From Acidobacteriota bacterium (GTDB taxonomy: Bacteria > Acidobacteriota > UBA6911 > RPQK01 > JAJDTT01), in contig OZ242374.1 in assembly GCA_965209055.1 (NCBI GenBank), forward strand, positions 1,696,001 through 1,760,000: a stretch of 64,000 bases of DNA. The letters are read 5' to 3'. Positions 10,522 through 20,926 of this stretch are shown in pieces; the stretch's first letter is position 1, and every line of letters starts with the position of its first letter. The notes below the pieces were generated by a model that ran no database searches, had not been told where the DNA came from, and worked only from the letters and a program-made list of their open reading frames with translations. The translations under genes and the position numbers were made by a program.

Positions 10522-11673
10522 GTGAGAACTCTCGTTCGGGAATTGGGGAATCGTCTTGAGCGGGTCCACTCGTCCGGGCTCTACCGGTCCCTCGAGGACG
10601 CGTCCCCCGAGGCCGTGGATTTCTGTTCCAACGACTACCTGGACCTGTCCCGCGATCCGCGGCTGAGGACGTTCCTGATCGAGCGTTTGCAAGACGAGCC
10701 CGAGTCTCGTCCCGTCTCGGCACCCTCCTCCCGGCTGCTGCGGGGAAACACGCCGCACCACCGGCTGCTGGAAGAGAAGCTGGCCCGGTTCAAGGGGACC
10801 GAAGCCGCCCTGGTGTTCCCCAGCGGCTACCAGGCCAACATGGGTCTCCTTTCCGCCCTCATGGGCCCCCGGGACCGGGTGGTGTCGGACCGTCTCAACC
10901 ACGCCAGCATCATCGACGGAATTCGTTTGAGCGGGGCGCGGAAGGTCATCCATCCCCACCGGGATCTGGAGGCGGTGCGAGCCGCTCTCGCGACTCCCCA
11001 TCCCCGCGGCCGAACCTTCCTGGTCACCGAGTCCCTCTTCAGCATGGACGGGGACATCGCGCCCTTGGACCAATATGCGGACCTGGCGGAGGAGTGGGGA
11101 GCGGACCTGATCGTGGATGACTCCCATGCCACCGGGCTCTTCGGCGCCGGTCGAGGGTCGGGCCTGACGGAGCATTTCGGGATCGAGAAGCGCGCCGCCT
11201 CCATCGTTTCGGGGTGCGGCAAGGGCCTTGGAGTGGCCGGCGCGTTCGTGGCCGGCCCCCGAACGGTGATCGAGTACCTGGTCAACGCCTGCCGCAGCTT
11301 CATCTTCACCACCTCCACGCCGCCCCTTCTCCTCTACGCGTTGGAGGCGGCGTTGGAGATCGCCGGGAGCGACCCGGGACGGCGGGAACGGGTACTGAAG
11401 CTCTCTCGCCTCCTGCGGCGCCGGTTGAGATCTCTGGACCTGGATACGTTGGACAGCGCCGGTCCCATCGTTCCGGTCATCCTGGGAGACAATCGCCGCG
11501 CCCTTGCCGTCGCCCAACGGCTTCGGGAGCAGGGGCTGGACGTGAGGGCGCTCCGTCCCCCCACGGTGCCGGCCGGCACCGCTCGGCTCCGGATCTCGGT
11601 TCACGCCAACCATTCTGTCGAGCAGTTGGAACGGCTTTGCCAGGCTCTTGCCGAGGCGCTGGAGACCGTGTGA
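10522..11673 (+). CDS. bioF: 8-amino-7-oxononanoate synthase
   Basis: DFCSNDYL, SGYQAN, NHASIIDG, ESLFSMDGD, RPPTVP; clustered with bioD and bioA. Confidence 0.9.
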   Translation: MRTLVRELGNRLERVHSSGLYRSLEDASPEAVDFCSNDYLDLSRDPRLRTFLIERLQDEPESRPVSAPSSRLLRGNTPHHRLLEEKLARFKGTEAALVFPSGYQANMGLLSALMGPRDRVVSDRLNHASIIDGIRLSGARKVIHPHRDLEAVRAALATPHPRGRTFLVTESLFSMDGDIAPLDQYADLAEEWGADLIVDDSHATGLFGAGRGSGLTEHFGIEKRAASIVSGCGKGLGVAGAFVAGPRTVIEYLVNACRSFIFTTSTPPLLLYALEAALEIAGSDPGRRERVLKLSRLLRRRLRSLDLDTLDSAGPIVPVILGDNRRALAVAQRLREQGLDVRALRPPTVPAGTARLRISVHANHSVEQLERLCQALAEALETV

Positions 11674-12365
11674 TGCAGGTCTTGGTCACTGGAACGGGGA
11701 CCGAAATCGGCAAGACGGTCGTCTCCGCCGTTCTCCTGGCCCACTGGGCGGGACGGACGCACGTGACCTACTGGAAACCGGTCGCCACGGGAGCGGAGGA
11801 GGGAAGCGACAGCCAGGAGGTGGCTTCCCTGGCGGGTCCGGAGGTGCGGATTCTGAAGGAGTGCTACCGTTTTGGTCCGCCCCTTTCTCCTCACCTGGCG
11901 GCCCGCCTGGCGGGAGTCGAGATCGAGCCGGAACGCATCCTCTCCGCCTACCGGCGTTATCGGGAGTCCGTGGACGACGGTCTTTTGGTCGTGGAGGGGA
12001 TCGGAGGCCTCCTGGTGCCCCTGACCGATCGCGGATATCTCCTGGCCGATATTCTGAAGGGGCTGGATATGCCCTGCCTCGTGGTCGCGTCCAGTCAACT
12101 CGGGACCATCAACCACACTCTGCTGACCCTCGAAGCGCTCCGTTCCAGGGACCTGAGCCTGGCGGGAGTGGTCCTGAACGGGCCCGCCAACCTGGAGAAT
12201 CGGCGGGCCATCGAGCGGTTCGGCCGGACCCGTGTCGTGGCGGAGTTGCAACCCCTCGATCCCCTCTCCCGCGAGACCGTCGCGCGAGCGGCCTCCGAAT
12301 TCGATCGGGACAGGATGCTGGAGCGCTGTCTCCTGGGGTCCCGGCCGGGCGCCGGAACGCAGTAG
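11673..12365 (+). CDS. bioD: Dethiobiotin synthase
   Basis: VTGTGTEIGKT, KPVATG, VEGIGG, LGTINHTLL; ATG overlaps the bioF stop. Confidence 0.92.
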   Translation: MQVLVTGTGTEIGKTVVSAVLLAHWAGRTHVTYWKPVATGAEEGSDSQEVASLAGPEVRILKECYRFGPPLSPHLAARLAGVEIEPERILSAYRRYRESVDDGLLVVEGIGGLLVPLTDRGYLLADILKGLDMPCLVVASSQLGTINHTLLTLEALRSRDLSLAGVVLNGPANLENRRAIERFGRTRVVAELQPLDPLSRETVARAASEFDRDRMLERCLLGSRPGAGTQ

Positions 12366-12381
12366 GTTAGAGTATTCGGCG

Positions 12382-13710
12382 ATGGGAGATTTCGGCGGCT
12401 GGGTGTCCCAGGATCGGAAATACGTCTGGCATCCGTTCACCCAGATGCAGACGGCGCCTCCTCCCATCCCCGTCGAGCGCGCCGAAGGGATCTACCTCCA
12501 TACCCAGGACGGCCGCCGGTTGCTGGACGGCATCTCCTCCTGGTGGGTCAACATCCACGGACACAACCATCCTCGTCTCAACCGCGCGTTGGAGGAACAG
12601 GCTTCGCGGCTGGGGCACGTGCTGTTCGCCGGATGCACCCACGAACCGGCGGCACGGTTGGCTTCCGAGCTGGTCCGCCGGGCGCCGGCGGGGTTGTCAC
12701 GCGTCTTCTTCTCGGACAACGGATCCACCTCGGTGGAGGTGGCTCTGAAGATGTCCTACCAGTATTGGAAGAACCGCGGCGAGACCCGCGATCTCTTCAT
12801 CTCTCTGAAACATGCCTACCATGGCGACACCCTGGGTGCCATGGGGGTGGGGGGAGTGGACGCTTTCCACGCCCAGTTCGCGGACCTCCTGGTGAAGCAG
12901 CTCCAGACGCACTCTCCCACCTGCCGGACCTGTCCGGTTGGACGGACCCGCGCCACGTGTCACATCGAGTGCACCGGCCGGCTTGAGGACCTCCTGCGGG
13001 AGACGGGTCACCGGGTGTCGGCGGTGATCGTGGAGCCCATGGTTCAGGGCGCCGGGGGAATGATCATCTGGCCGGTGGAGTTCCTGAACCTGGTCCGGGA
13101 GCTGACCCGCCGTCACGGAATTCTGCTCATCGCCGACGAGGTCTTCACCGGCTTCGGGCGGACCGGAAAGATGTTCGCCTGCGAGCATGGACCGGTGACG
13201 CCCGACCTCATGTGCCTCTCCAAGGCCCTCACCGGAGGGTATCTCCCCCTGGCCGCCACCCTGGTGACCGAGCCCCTGTACCAGGCGTTTCTGAGCGAGG
13301 ACCGGGGGCGGGGGTTTCTGCACGGACATTCCTACACCGCCAATCCCCTGGGATGCGCAGTTGCCCTGGAAAGCCTGGCCCTTTTCGATGAGGAAGAGCG
13401 GCTGGAGCGAGTGGCTCGATTGGCAGAGCTCTTCTCGGAGCGCCTGGCCCGCATGGCGCGGCTGCCTGGAGTGGCGGAGGTTCGCGGGATCGGAGGGCTG
13501 GCGGTGATGGAGCTGGAGGCCGAGGGAGAGGCGGGCTACCTCGACTCTCGAACTCCCCGGTTGATCCAGGCCTTTCAGGAGAAGGGCCTTCTGCTGCGTC
13601 CTCTGGGGAACGTCCTCTATTTCCTGCCCCCTTACGTCATCGAGGATCGGGAAGCGCACCGCGCCTTCGATGTTATCGAGGAAGTCCTGGTCTCTATCGC
13701 TCAACATTGA
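12382..13710 (+). CDS. bioA: Adenosylmethionine-8-amino-7-oxononanoate transaminase
   Basis: WHPFTQM, SSWWVNIHGH, YHGDT, SKALTGG. Confidence 0.92.
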   Translation: MGDFGGWVSQDRKYVWHPFTQMQTAPPPIPVERAEGIYLHTQDGRRLLDGISSWWVNIHGHNHPRLNRALEEQASRLGHVLFAGCTHEPAARLASELVRRAPAGLSRVFFSDNGSTSVEVALKMSYQYWKNRGETRDLFISLKHAYHGDTLGAMGVGGVDAFHAQFADLLVKQLQTHSPTCRTCPVGRTRATCHIECTGRLEDLLRETGHRVSAVIVEPMVQGAGGMIIWPVEFLNLVRELTRRHGILLIADEVFTGFGRTGKMFACEHGPVTPDLMCLSKALTGGYLPLAATLVTEPLYQAFLSEDRGRGFLHGHSYTANPLGCAVALESLALFDEEERLERVARLAELFSERLARMARLPGVAEVRGIGGLAVMELEAEGEAGYLDSRTPRLIQAFQEKGLLLRPLGNVLYFLPPYVIEDREAHRAFDVIEEVLVSIAQH

Positions 13711-13839
13711 GGTTTCATTCTTCATCCTGTCCCGCCGGCAATCTCGCCTTGGGGCGGTTTGCTTTCCGATTTGCGGCTGTGCTAGCCTCCATTCCTGGTT
13801 GCGTTGTCGCAACCGGTGTCCGCCGACCATTGGAGGGAG

Positions 13840-14139
13840 ATGGCTAGACTTCGACCGAGACCTTTTCGTCGTAGACCGCGTAAGCGCAAGAGACCACAGA
13901 AGAGACGGGACGAGCCGAAGGAAAAGAAGTCCGACGCCATCGAGGTCACCGGAACCGTAACGGAACCGCTTCCCAACGCCATGTTTCGCGTCGAGTTGGA
14001 GAACGGACACGTGGTTCTGGCCCACGTTTCCGGAAAGATGCGCCGTCATTTCATCCGGATCCTCCGCGGCGACCGCGTCATGGTCGAACTTTCACCCTAC
14101 GACCTCACCCGGGGCCGTCTCACCTACCGGTACAAATAA
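13840..14139 (+). CDS. infA: Translation initiation factor IF-1 with basic N-terminal extension
   Basis: [24 protein letters not shown]...SGKMR...SPYDLTRGR; RBS GGAGG before ATG 13840. Confidence 0.9.
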   Translation: MARLRPRPFRRRPRKRKRPQKRRDEPKEKKSDAIEVTGTVTEPLPNAMFRVELENGHVVLAHVSGKMRRHFIRILRGDRVMVELSPYDLTRGRLTYRYK

Positions 14140-14147
14140 GCTCCCCG

Positions 14148-15623
14148 ATGACCGAGGGACGCACCGTGACCTCCCGGATCCTGATCGCCCTCTCCGTACT
14201 GTTGCCTCCGGTGGGCCTGGTACTGGTGTGGGCGCGGTCCGGCTGGAGGACAAGGAACCGGTTGCTGGCAAGCCTCGCGCTCCTGGCATTGACCTGGGTC
14301 TACGTGTTTCAGGCGGTGGGTCTGAGCATCGAACGGGACGGCACCGGTTGGCGTCCGCTGGTCTCCATTTCGCCGGTCTGGTCCCGGTACGCAACGGCCG
14401 AGGGAGCATCCGCTTCAGGCGGGGCTCACGCTGCTCCTGCATCGGATGTCCGGAGCTGGACCGGGTTTCGGGGGTCGGACCGGGACAGCCGCTACCTGGA
14501 GGGAGAGATCCGGACCGCTTGGCCCGGTGATGGACTCCCGCTGCTCTGGAGGCGGCCGGTGGGAGGCGGATACGCTTCCATCGTCGCCGGTTCGGGGCTT
14601 CTCTTCACCATCGAACAGCGGGGCCCCCAGGAGGTCGTGGCTGCCTATGATCCGGACACCGGCGCTGAGGTTTGGACCCATGGCTGGGACGCCGAGTTCC
14701 AGGAGACCATGGGAGGTGACGGGCCCCGGGCGACTCCCCAGTGGCACGACGGTCGACTTTACGTCCTGGGAGCCACCGGCGAGTTCCGTTGCTTCGATGC
14801 CGCCAGCGGGAAAGTTCAATGGGGGTTGAACATCCTCTCGGACAACAGCGCCCGGAATCTGGTTTGGGGCATGTCCGCCTCACCCCTGATTACGGGTGAC
14901 CAGGTCATTCTCCTCCCCGGCGGGGCGTCGGACCGATCCGTCGTCTCCTATCATCGGCTCACCGGCAAGTTCCTCTGGGGAGCGCTCAGCGACAAACAGG
15001 CGTATGCCGCGCCGATCGTAGCCGACCTGGCCGGGCGGGAGCAGTTGCTGGTGGTAACGGCCGAGCGAGTCGTGGGACTCGACCCGACGGGTGGCGAGCT
15101 GCTCTGGGAGTATCCCTGGGTCACCTCCTACGACGTCAATTCCGTGGAACCTCTGTTGCTGGGAAACGACCGGTTCTTCATCTCCTCCGGTTACGGCCAC
15201 GGGGCGGCGGTGCTGGAGATCGGACGGGGCGAGGACGGCTACGCCGTGAAGACCGTCTGGAAAAACAAGCGAATGAAGAACAAGTTCAACGGCTCGGTCC
15301 TCCATGAGGGTCATGTCTACGGTCTGGATGAGGCCATCCTGGCTTGCGTGGACGTAACCACGGGAGAGAGGAAGTGGAAGGGAGGCCGCTATGGTTACGG
15401 CCAGATCCTTCTGGCCTCGGGCCATCTGGTGGTGTTGACGGAGCGGGGCGATCTGGTTCTGGTCGAGGCCAACGCGGAGGAGCACCGCGAGCTGGCGCGA
15501 TTTTCGGCGCTGACCGGAAAGACCTGGAACTATCCCGTCATCGTCGCGGGCCGTCTCCTGGTGAGGAACCAGACCCAGATGGCCTGCTACGACGTGAGCC
15601 CGAGTCCGAAAGACCCCTCATAG
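14148..15623 (+). CDS. PQQ-binding-like beta-propeller protein
   Basis: WTGFRGSDRD, GPRATP and repeated ...TGxxxW motifs. Confidence 0.75.
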   Translation: MTEGRTVTSRILIALSVLLPPVGLVLVWARSGWRTRNRLLASLALLALTWVYVFQAVGLSIERDGTGWRPLVSISPVWSRYATAEGASASGGAHAAPASDVRSWTGFRGSDRDSRYLEGEIRTAWPGDGLPLLWRRPVGGGYASIVAGSGLLFTIEQRGPQEVVAAYDPDTGAEVWTHGWDAEFQETMGGDGPRATPQWHDGRLYVLGATGEFRCFDAASGKVQWGLNILSDNSARNLVWGMSASPLITGDQVILLPGGASDRSVVSYHRLTGKFLWGALSDKQAYAAPIVADLAGREQLLVVTAERVVGLDPTGGELLWEYPWVTSYDVNSVEPLLLGNDRFFISSGYGHGAAVLEIGRGEDGYAVKTVWKNKRMKNKFNGSVLHEGHVYGLDEAILACVDVTTGERKWKGGRYGYGQILLASGHLVVLTERGDLVLVEANAEEHRELARFSALTGKTWNYPVIVAGRLLVRNQTQMACYDVSPSPKDPS

Positions 15624-16988
15624 AGCCCACGGCTTCCGATACTCCCGGTGCAGGAGTCCGTTGGCCTCGTCGTCGCCCAAGACCCGTTCCCTGGCGCCGT
15701 CCCACCGGATCCGCCGTCCCAGGCGGAGGGCGATATTCCCCAGATGCGGAGTCGAGGTGGATCGGTGGCCGATTTCCACGTCCGAGATGGGCTTCTTCCG
15801 GGTTCGAACGCAATCCAGGAAGTTCAGGACGTGGCTGAAGTGCTGCTCGGAGCCGGGAGCCGTCCGAAATCCGGCTCTTCCTTCACTGGAACTCCACTCC
15901 CGCCTGCGTCGATCAGGTGTCTTCTGATCCAGCATCCTCAGGTAGCGGGGCCGCTGGGCGACTGCCGTCCCTGCCGTCTCGGGCCGGATCTCGAAGCCGC
16001 CGCGATTCAGATAGAGGGTCCCGTCGGTGCCGAAAAACTCGATGCCGTAGCCTCGACCCGCGGGACCGCGGGCGTTCCCGACCCTGTGGGAGAAGGAGGC
16101 GATGAATCCGGGATACTCGTAAAGGACCTCCAGCGTATCGGGCGTCTCCCGGTTGTCGTCGATGCAGAAGTTGCCCCCGACGGCGGTGGCGGCCAGGGGA
16201 GCGTCGACCTGCATGGCCCATTGGACGATGTCCAGATGATGCGTTCCCCAATCGGTGAGCATCCCTCCAGAGTAGTCCCAGAACCACCGGAACGTGTGGA
16301 TGAAACGGTTTCCGTTGAAGGGGGCCTTGGGCGCCGGACCCAGCCAGAGATCCCAGTCCAGACCCGGCGGGGGTTCCGTGTCCCGGGGCCGGCCCATCCC
16401 GGCCGGACTCTCGTTGCCGTAGTTCCAGGTGTTGACCCGGCTCACCTTGCCGATGGCCCCCTCCTCGACCAGCTTGACGGCCTCCTGGAAGTGCTCGCCG
16501 GAACGCTGTTGCGTCCCCATCTGGACGATTCTTCCGTTGCGGCGAGCCGCCTCCACCATTTTCCGTCCTTCGTAAATGGTCAGGGAGAGCGGCTTCTCCA
16601 CGTAGACGTCCTTCCCGGCGTCGCACGCCATCACGGTGGGCAGCGCATGCCAGTGATCGGGCGTGGAGACGACGACCACGTCCACCTCGTTGAGGTCGAG
16701 GACCTGCCGGAAGTCCTTGTAGCCGGCCGCCTTTCCTCCCTCCTGGTCGGCGGTCATCTGCAGAGTCAGGTCGCGGTTGTGATCCCAAACGTCACAGACG
16801 GCCGCCGCCCGGACCTGCCCCGACCGGAGGAAGTCCCTCATATTGCTGCGCCCCATGCCCCCGGTCCCGACGAAGGCGCAAATCAGCCGGTCATTGGCCC
16901 CGAGGGGACCTCCCTTGCCGGTCTGGAGAGCGGGAGCTCCAGCGACTGCCGCCGCCGATGCCACGAACTTGCGTCTGTTCATCTTCAT
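15618..16988 (-). CDS. Gfo/Idh/MocA oxidoreductase with Tat signal
   Basis: NRRKF, TPDHWHA, YVEKP, GTQQRS. Confidence 0.85.
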   Translation of the reverse strand: MKMNRRKFVASAAAVAGAPALQTGKGGPLGANDRLICAFVGTGGMGRSNMRDFLRSGQVRAAAVCDVWDHNRDLTLQMTADQEGGKAAGYKDFRQVLDLNEVDVVVVSTPDHWHALPTVMACDAGKDVYVEKPLSLTIYEGRKMVEAARRNGRIVQMGTQQRSGEHFQEAVKLVEEGAIGKVSRVNTWNYGNESPAGMGRPRDTEPPPGLDWDLWLGPAPKAPFNGNRFIHTFRWFWDYSGGMLTDWGTHHLDIVQWAMQVDAPLAATAVGGNFCIDDNRETPDTLEVLYEYPGFIASFSHRVGNARGPAGRGYGIEFFGTDGTLYLNRGGFEIRPETAGTAVAQRPRYLRMLDQKTPDRRRREWSSSEGRAGFRTAPGSEQHFSHVLNFLDCVRTRKKPISDVEIGHRSTSTPHLGNIALRLGRRIRWDGARERVLGDDEANGLLHREYRKPWAL

Positions 16989-17088
16989 AACTGGAACTCC
17001 TGGGCTGGGCTTCGCTACGATGCCTAAACTCTAATGTATAATTCCGGCATCGAACAGAGCAGGGTTCTCCGACATCGAGGCTGACACT

Positions 17089-17595
17089 ATGAATTGGAAC
17101 ACCTTCCGCCGACTTCCTGATGATGCCCGAGTCTGGATCAGTGGTTTCGAACGTCCGCTCGGTCCGGCCGAGCAGGAGACGGTCCGGGCGGGAATGGAGC
17201 GCTTTGCGGCCGGTTGGGCGTCGCACCAGGTCCCGGTCGAGTCCGCATTCGAGATCGTCCAGGATCGCTTTCTGGTGATCGCCGCCTGTACCCCGGGTTC
17301 AGTGTCCGGTTGCTCCATCGACAGCATGATGAGGAATATGCGGGACCTGTATTCGGCCGTCGGTGTCGCGCCTCCCGCCGGCAACCTCGTCTACTTCCGT
17401 GATGAGACCGGCCGGATCCAGTCCATCGACCACCTGGAGTTCCGTGACGTGGCCGACTCGGGCCGGCTCAAGCCGGACACCCGGGTGTTCGATACGATGA
17501 TTCAGAACCTGGGGCAGTTGCGAGCCGGCCGGTTCGAACTCCCCTACCAAGAGGCGTGGCACTCCCGGGCGTTTCCTCTTCCCGTCACCGCGTGA
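17089..17595 (+). CDS. Conserved hypothetical protein; its 3' end marks the island boundary
   Basis: ARVWI...WASH...SGCSIDS; the last ~115 nt are duplicated at 29101-29216. Confidence 0.65.
   Translation: MNWNTFRRLPDDARVWISGFERPLGPAEQETVRAGMERFAAGWASHQVPVESAFEIVQDRFLVIAACTPGSVSGCSIDSMMRNMRDLYSAVGVAPPAGNLVYFRDETGRIQSIDHLEFRDVADSGRLKPDTRVFDTMIQNLGQLRAGRFELPYQEAWHSRAFPLPVTA
17481..17595 (+). repeat. Left copy of diverged direct repeat bounding the island
   Basis: About 84% identical by eye to 29101-29216 over the first 100 nt. Confidence 0.85.
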
Positions 17596-17624
17596 GTCTG
17601 CCGGCGAGCCGGGGATTCTGGCCG

Positions 17625-18023
17625 CTACGCGGAAACTCGAGCGTCGCGATCTTTCTCACTGAAAGCCTTGATGGGGACGTCCAGAAGAATCTCCGAATAC
17701 GGTACACGCGGGACCACGCGGCCCCGATCTCCCTTTTCCAGACGCACCAGACCGTAACGCTCCATCGTGTGCAGCGTTCGGGACAGATTGGAACGGGCAC
17801 GCCCTGAGCGCTCGGCCAGTTCGGCAATCGAGGCCGGCTTCTCCTCCGTAATCATCCTTAGTAGCGCGCGGTTGCGATCGGACAGGACCTTGGCAAAGCT
17901 TTCGAGAGAAGGAAACCACACCTTGGGTTCGCCTCGTCCCGGCCGATGCTCGGCGCGCGCAATGGCCAAGGTTCAGGCCTCCATCTCTCCATAACCGGCA
18001 ATGCCGACTCGCAATGTCTTCAT
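17625..18023 (-). pseudogene. HTH antitoxin-like regulator with in-frame TGA at codon 17
   Basis: MKTLRVGIAGYGEMEA*TLAIAR...FPSLESFAKVLS...SIAELAERSGRARSNLSRTL; stop at 17973-17975. Confidence 0.7.
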
Positions 18024-18361
18024 GGCGTCACTCCGCTCTCTGCCAACACGGCCTCGACCTCCGTCCGGAAATCCGCAAGCAACTGGGCCGCATCGCGATA
18101 CTCATAGGGCCGGATGGTCCGATGACGGTGTCGGTGATCAGGGGCCAACCTCCGGCGTCCCGCCGGTCCCGCTGGCGAAGGGACCGGATGAGCGTCATCG
18201 AATCCGACCAGTCGCGTGCCTCCGGGTCCATGAAGCGTCAGCGCGTACATGAGCCTTTGTGGCTTCTCCAGGGTCGGAGGAATACGCTTGACGCGAAAGC
18301 GCACCCAGCGCTCCCCAGCCGGATCGATCACGAGAACCTCCTCGTCCAGATCCAAAAGCAT
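18020..18361 (-). CDS. Putative toxin partner (DUF6516/TumE-like); start uncertain
   Basis: YALTLHGPGGTRLVGFDDAH...DHRH; overlaps the start of the HTH gene. Confidence 0.55.
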   Translation of the reverse strand: MLLDLDEEVLVIDPAGERWVRFRVKRIPPTLEKPQRLMYALTLHGPGGTRLVGFDDAHPVPSPAGPAGRRRLAPDHRHRHRTIRPYEYRDAAQLLADFRTEVEAVLAESGVTP

Positions 18362-18623
18362 ATCCAGGCTTGGATCGCGCAGCGGCCTCGCGTTTTTGGA
18401 GTATCACATACTGATACTCTGTTCCTAGTCGTCTGGGAGGTGACCAGAGTGACCCGAAAACGGAATTGTCCTTCTTTTCGCTGTCCCCTTCCTGAGTCGG
18501 GACGAAGCGAAAGGCGCGAAAGATAGGGAACGCGGGAAGGGACTCCAGGAGTTGGCGGCCGGATATTAGGCCGGTTCCGAAATCAGCGGCTTCTAGTCAG
18601 CACGGTCGTCGGGGCCTCGAATT

Positions 18624-18651
18624 ATTGTCGGTAACGTACGTTACCGTAAAT
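18624..18651 (+). other. dif-like site 1
   Basis: ATTGTCGGTAA-CGTACG-TTACCGTAAAT (11-6-11). Confidence 0.5.
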
Positions 18652-18797
18652 GGTTGTGGCCGGACCGCTGCCCGATCTCGCCCCCCTCAAGCCCGTCCGT
18701 GGTGACGTCGCCGCGCCTACGCCCGGGCCGTCGGGTGGTTTCTCGAATTCTGTGAGCGCGAGGACGTGGAGATCCACCGGGTCACGCGGGGCCGGAT

Positions 18798-19574
18798 GTG
18801 GAGCCCACCGGAAGGAGAGATCCCGGAGGGAGTCGGTATAGGCAGGAGTGGAGTCGTTTGGCCCTTGATAAGCTCCTACAGTGGACGAACATAGTCTACA
18901 TGGTGTCCGTGGGGACCGCCGCCGTCGCGACGTTTGCGATCTACCATTTGTCCGCGCGTGTCAACGCTGCCAAAGATCGCGAGCTGGAACAGTACCGAAC
19001 CGAGTCCAGGATCAAGATAACCGCCGCGCAGGCCGAAGCCGCCGAGGCGAGAAAGATCGCGGAATCCGAGCGCCTCGCGCGAGCGGAGATGGAGTCCCAG
19101 ATCGCCGTCGCCGAGGCCCGCGCCGCAGAGGCGAATGCCGTCGCCTCGCAAGCACAGCTAGAGCTTGCGAGGCTCAAGGAGCCCAGGACCATAGCGCCGG
19201 AGGACCAAGAGAAGATCATCGTCGCCCTGAAGGAATTCGCGGGACAAAATTTCGGCTTCTCTGTGTTTCCAGACCCGGAGTCGTTATCACTCCTTCGAGC
19301 TCTTGACGCCATGCTGAAATCGGCCGGATGGATTAGAGTGCCGGCCCAGATCGGCGATATCGTCGTCGACGCCGCCGGAAACACCGCCGGAACGTCACAC
19401 GACTCCGGCGTGGCTGCATTCGTCGGTCCGGAAAACCGTAACGCGAGGGTTGCACTACTGACTCTAAGCAAGGCTCTCACGGTCTCAGGAATTCCCTGCA
19501 AACCGAGCCGGACTGAACAGCTACGAGACAAGACCCCCAAGGCAATAATCATCAACGTCGGAAAGAAGCCGTAG
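18798..19574 (+). CDS. Hypothetical protein (TM helix plus coiled coil); start uncertain
   Basis: 258 aa ORF with an N-terminal hydrophobic segment and an Ala/Glu-rich helix. Confidence 0.6.
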   Translation: MEPTGRRDPGGSRYRQEWSRLALDKLLQWTNIVYMVSVGTAAVATFAIYHLSARVNAAKDRELEQYRTESRIKITAAQAEAAEARKIAESERLARAEMESQIAVAEARAAEANAVASQAQLELARLKEPRTIAPEDQEKIIVALKEFAGQNFGFSVFPDPESLSLLRALDAMLKSAGWIRVPAQIGDIVVDAAGNTAGTSHDSGVAAFVGPENRNARVALLTLSKALTVSGIPCKPSRTEQLRDKTPKAIIINVGKKP

Positions 19575-19761
19575 CCGATGGCGTTGGATGGAGTGCCGAC
19601 CCTGCACCCGGTAAGGCGGAAGAATGTCTCCCAATCTCTGACGGTCGAGAAGTTCCACCGGGAGTGCCTGCGGATGGCGGAGTTCCCGCTGGGCGCGCGA
19701 TCGGCGACAGGTCCGAAGGGCCACAGGCGGGCGCAGAGGAAGACGGTCTGGAACCTATTTA

Positions 19762-19790
19762 GCCTACGATAAGTTGATCTTATCGGACCC
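19762..19790 (-). other. dif-like site 2
   Basis: Minus strand GGGTCCGATAA-GATCAAC-TTATCGTAGGC (11-7-11). Confidence 0.5.
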
Positions 19791-19902
19791 TGATCCCTCT
19801 CGGGGGCCTCTGACCCGCTTTTCCTAGGCCGGATTTCCAGGCAGGTCGGCGCTGATTCACGCGCCCCGAGAGAAACGGACAAACCCTCCTCTTCCCCGCA
19901 GG

Positions 19903-19947
19903 GACTCCGTTAATTTCAGTTAACGGATGTTCTCCAGAGACTCGCCG
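19903..19947. repeat. dif-like site 3 / direct repeat downstream of the LRR gene
   Basis: GACTCCGTTAA-TTTCAG-TTAACGGATGT; 19910-19947 matches 27732-27769 at 32/38. Confidence 0.6.
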
Positions 19948-19968
19948 TCCCCAGCTATTCTCGGCAGG

Positions 19969-20559
19969 TCATCGGAGAACTGGAACCACGGGCAAGGTCG
20001 TGAAGATACGGTTGTCGGCGTCCATCTCCAGGGCCAACCCCGTGAACCTCCCGATGTCTGGCACGGTGCAGCGCACGGACCCCTCGAAGTCCGAAGTGAT
20101 GGTCTTGGCGAACAGCTCGTGGATGAACTGCGCCGTCTGTCCGTTGCCGGCTATTGAAATTTCCTGCTCTTCCAATGCCCTGCCGGCGCGCATCAGTTGG
20201 CATGTGACCTTGATCGCATTCTTCGTCAGGTTGCGGATGGCCATCCCTGTGCGAATTCCTCTGATTTGGTGTCGAGCCGGGAAGATTGCATCCTGGACGG
20301 CCTCACTGGCGCCGACTCCTGCGACGCCAATCTCTGGGTGGTCGAACCGCAGGAACCCACCGATTGGACCGTCTGCGACAACCTTCACCGAGCCAGTTGT
20401 CAGATCCCCCCGGCCGTGGGTGGAGATCGTGAGTTCCCCTAGTGGGACCAATGGCGTCTCCACGGTCAAGGCTCCATCGCTCTGGATCTTAAGGCCGATT
20501 ACCAGGTCCAACATCGCCTCAGGAGGAATGAGGGCTCCTTCACCGTCGTAGAATTGAAT
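19969..20559 (-). pseudogene. 3' fragment of the IS-interrupted LRR gene
   Basis: IQFYDGEG... continues in frame from ...GPIHPVIQ at 25361; second copy of the C-terminal domain of the LRR protein. Confidence 0.85.
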
Positions 20560-20598
20560 GGGGATTATACAGTTGACTAGGCACTCCTGCATTCCTGG

Positions 20599-20898
20599 TC
20601 ACTTGGGGTGAGCAATCTCGAAGCTCACGATCAAAGAAGCCTCGTGACTTTCCCCATCGCCCATCCTTTTGGCTTCTCGCAAAGCTCGGAACGCTCTTTC
20701 CATAACCGTGAGGTCCGCCCTCTCAAGTCTACGATTGTTGCAGATAGGACAACAATCGATGCTTTTTGCTCTGAAGGAAGGGCCAGGCCCTTTCAGTGAG
20801 AAGACCGTTTCGCCCTTACACTTTTCATCAGGGCAGATGACCCGCATCTTAAGAATGTCTTGAGCTCCGAAAACAATCCTTTTTTCCTTCACTATCAT
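20599..20898 (-). CDS. Small Cys-rich (possible Zn-ribbon) hypothetical cargo protein
   Basis: CPDEKC...CPIC; TATAAT and GGAGGT immediately upstream. Confidence 0.6.
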   Translation of the reverse strand: MIVKEKRIVFGAQDILKMRVICPDEKCKGETVFSLKGPGPSFRAKSIDCCPICNNRRLERADLTVMERAFRALREAKRMGDGESHEASLIVSFEIAHPK

Positions 20899-20926
20899 AC
20901 CTCCATTATACTAGTATTTTATACAG

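Noticed and set aside
10522-13710. Biotin cluster lacking bioB as a novel pathway
   Set aside because: bioB is often unlinked, and its absence cannot be judged from one window.
17973-17975. Selenocysteine or recoded TGA in the HTH gene
   Set aside because: No redox-motif context or evident SECIS, and TGA is a normal stop throughout the window.
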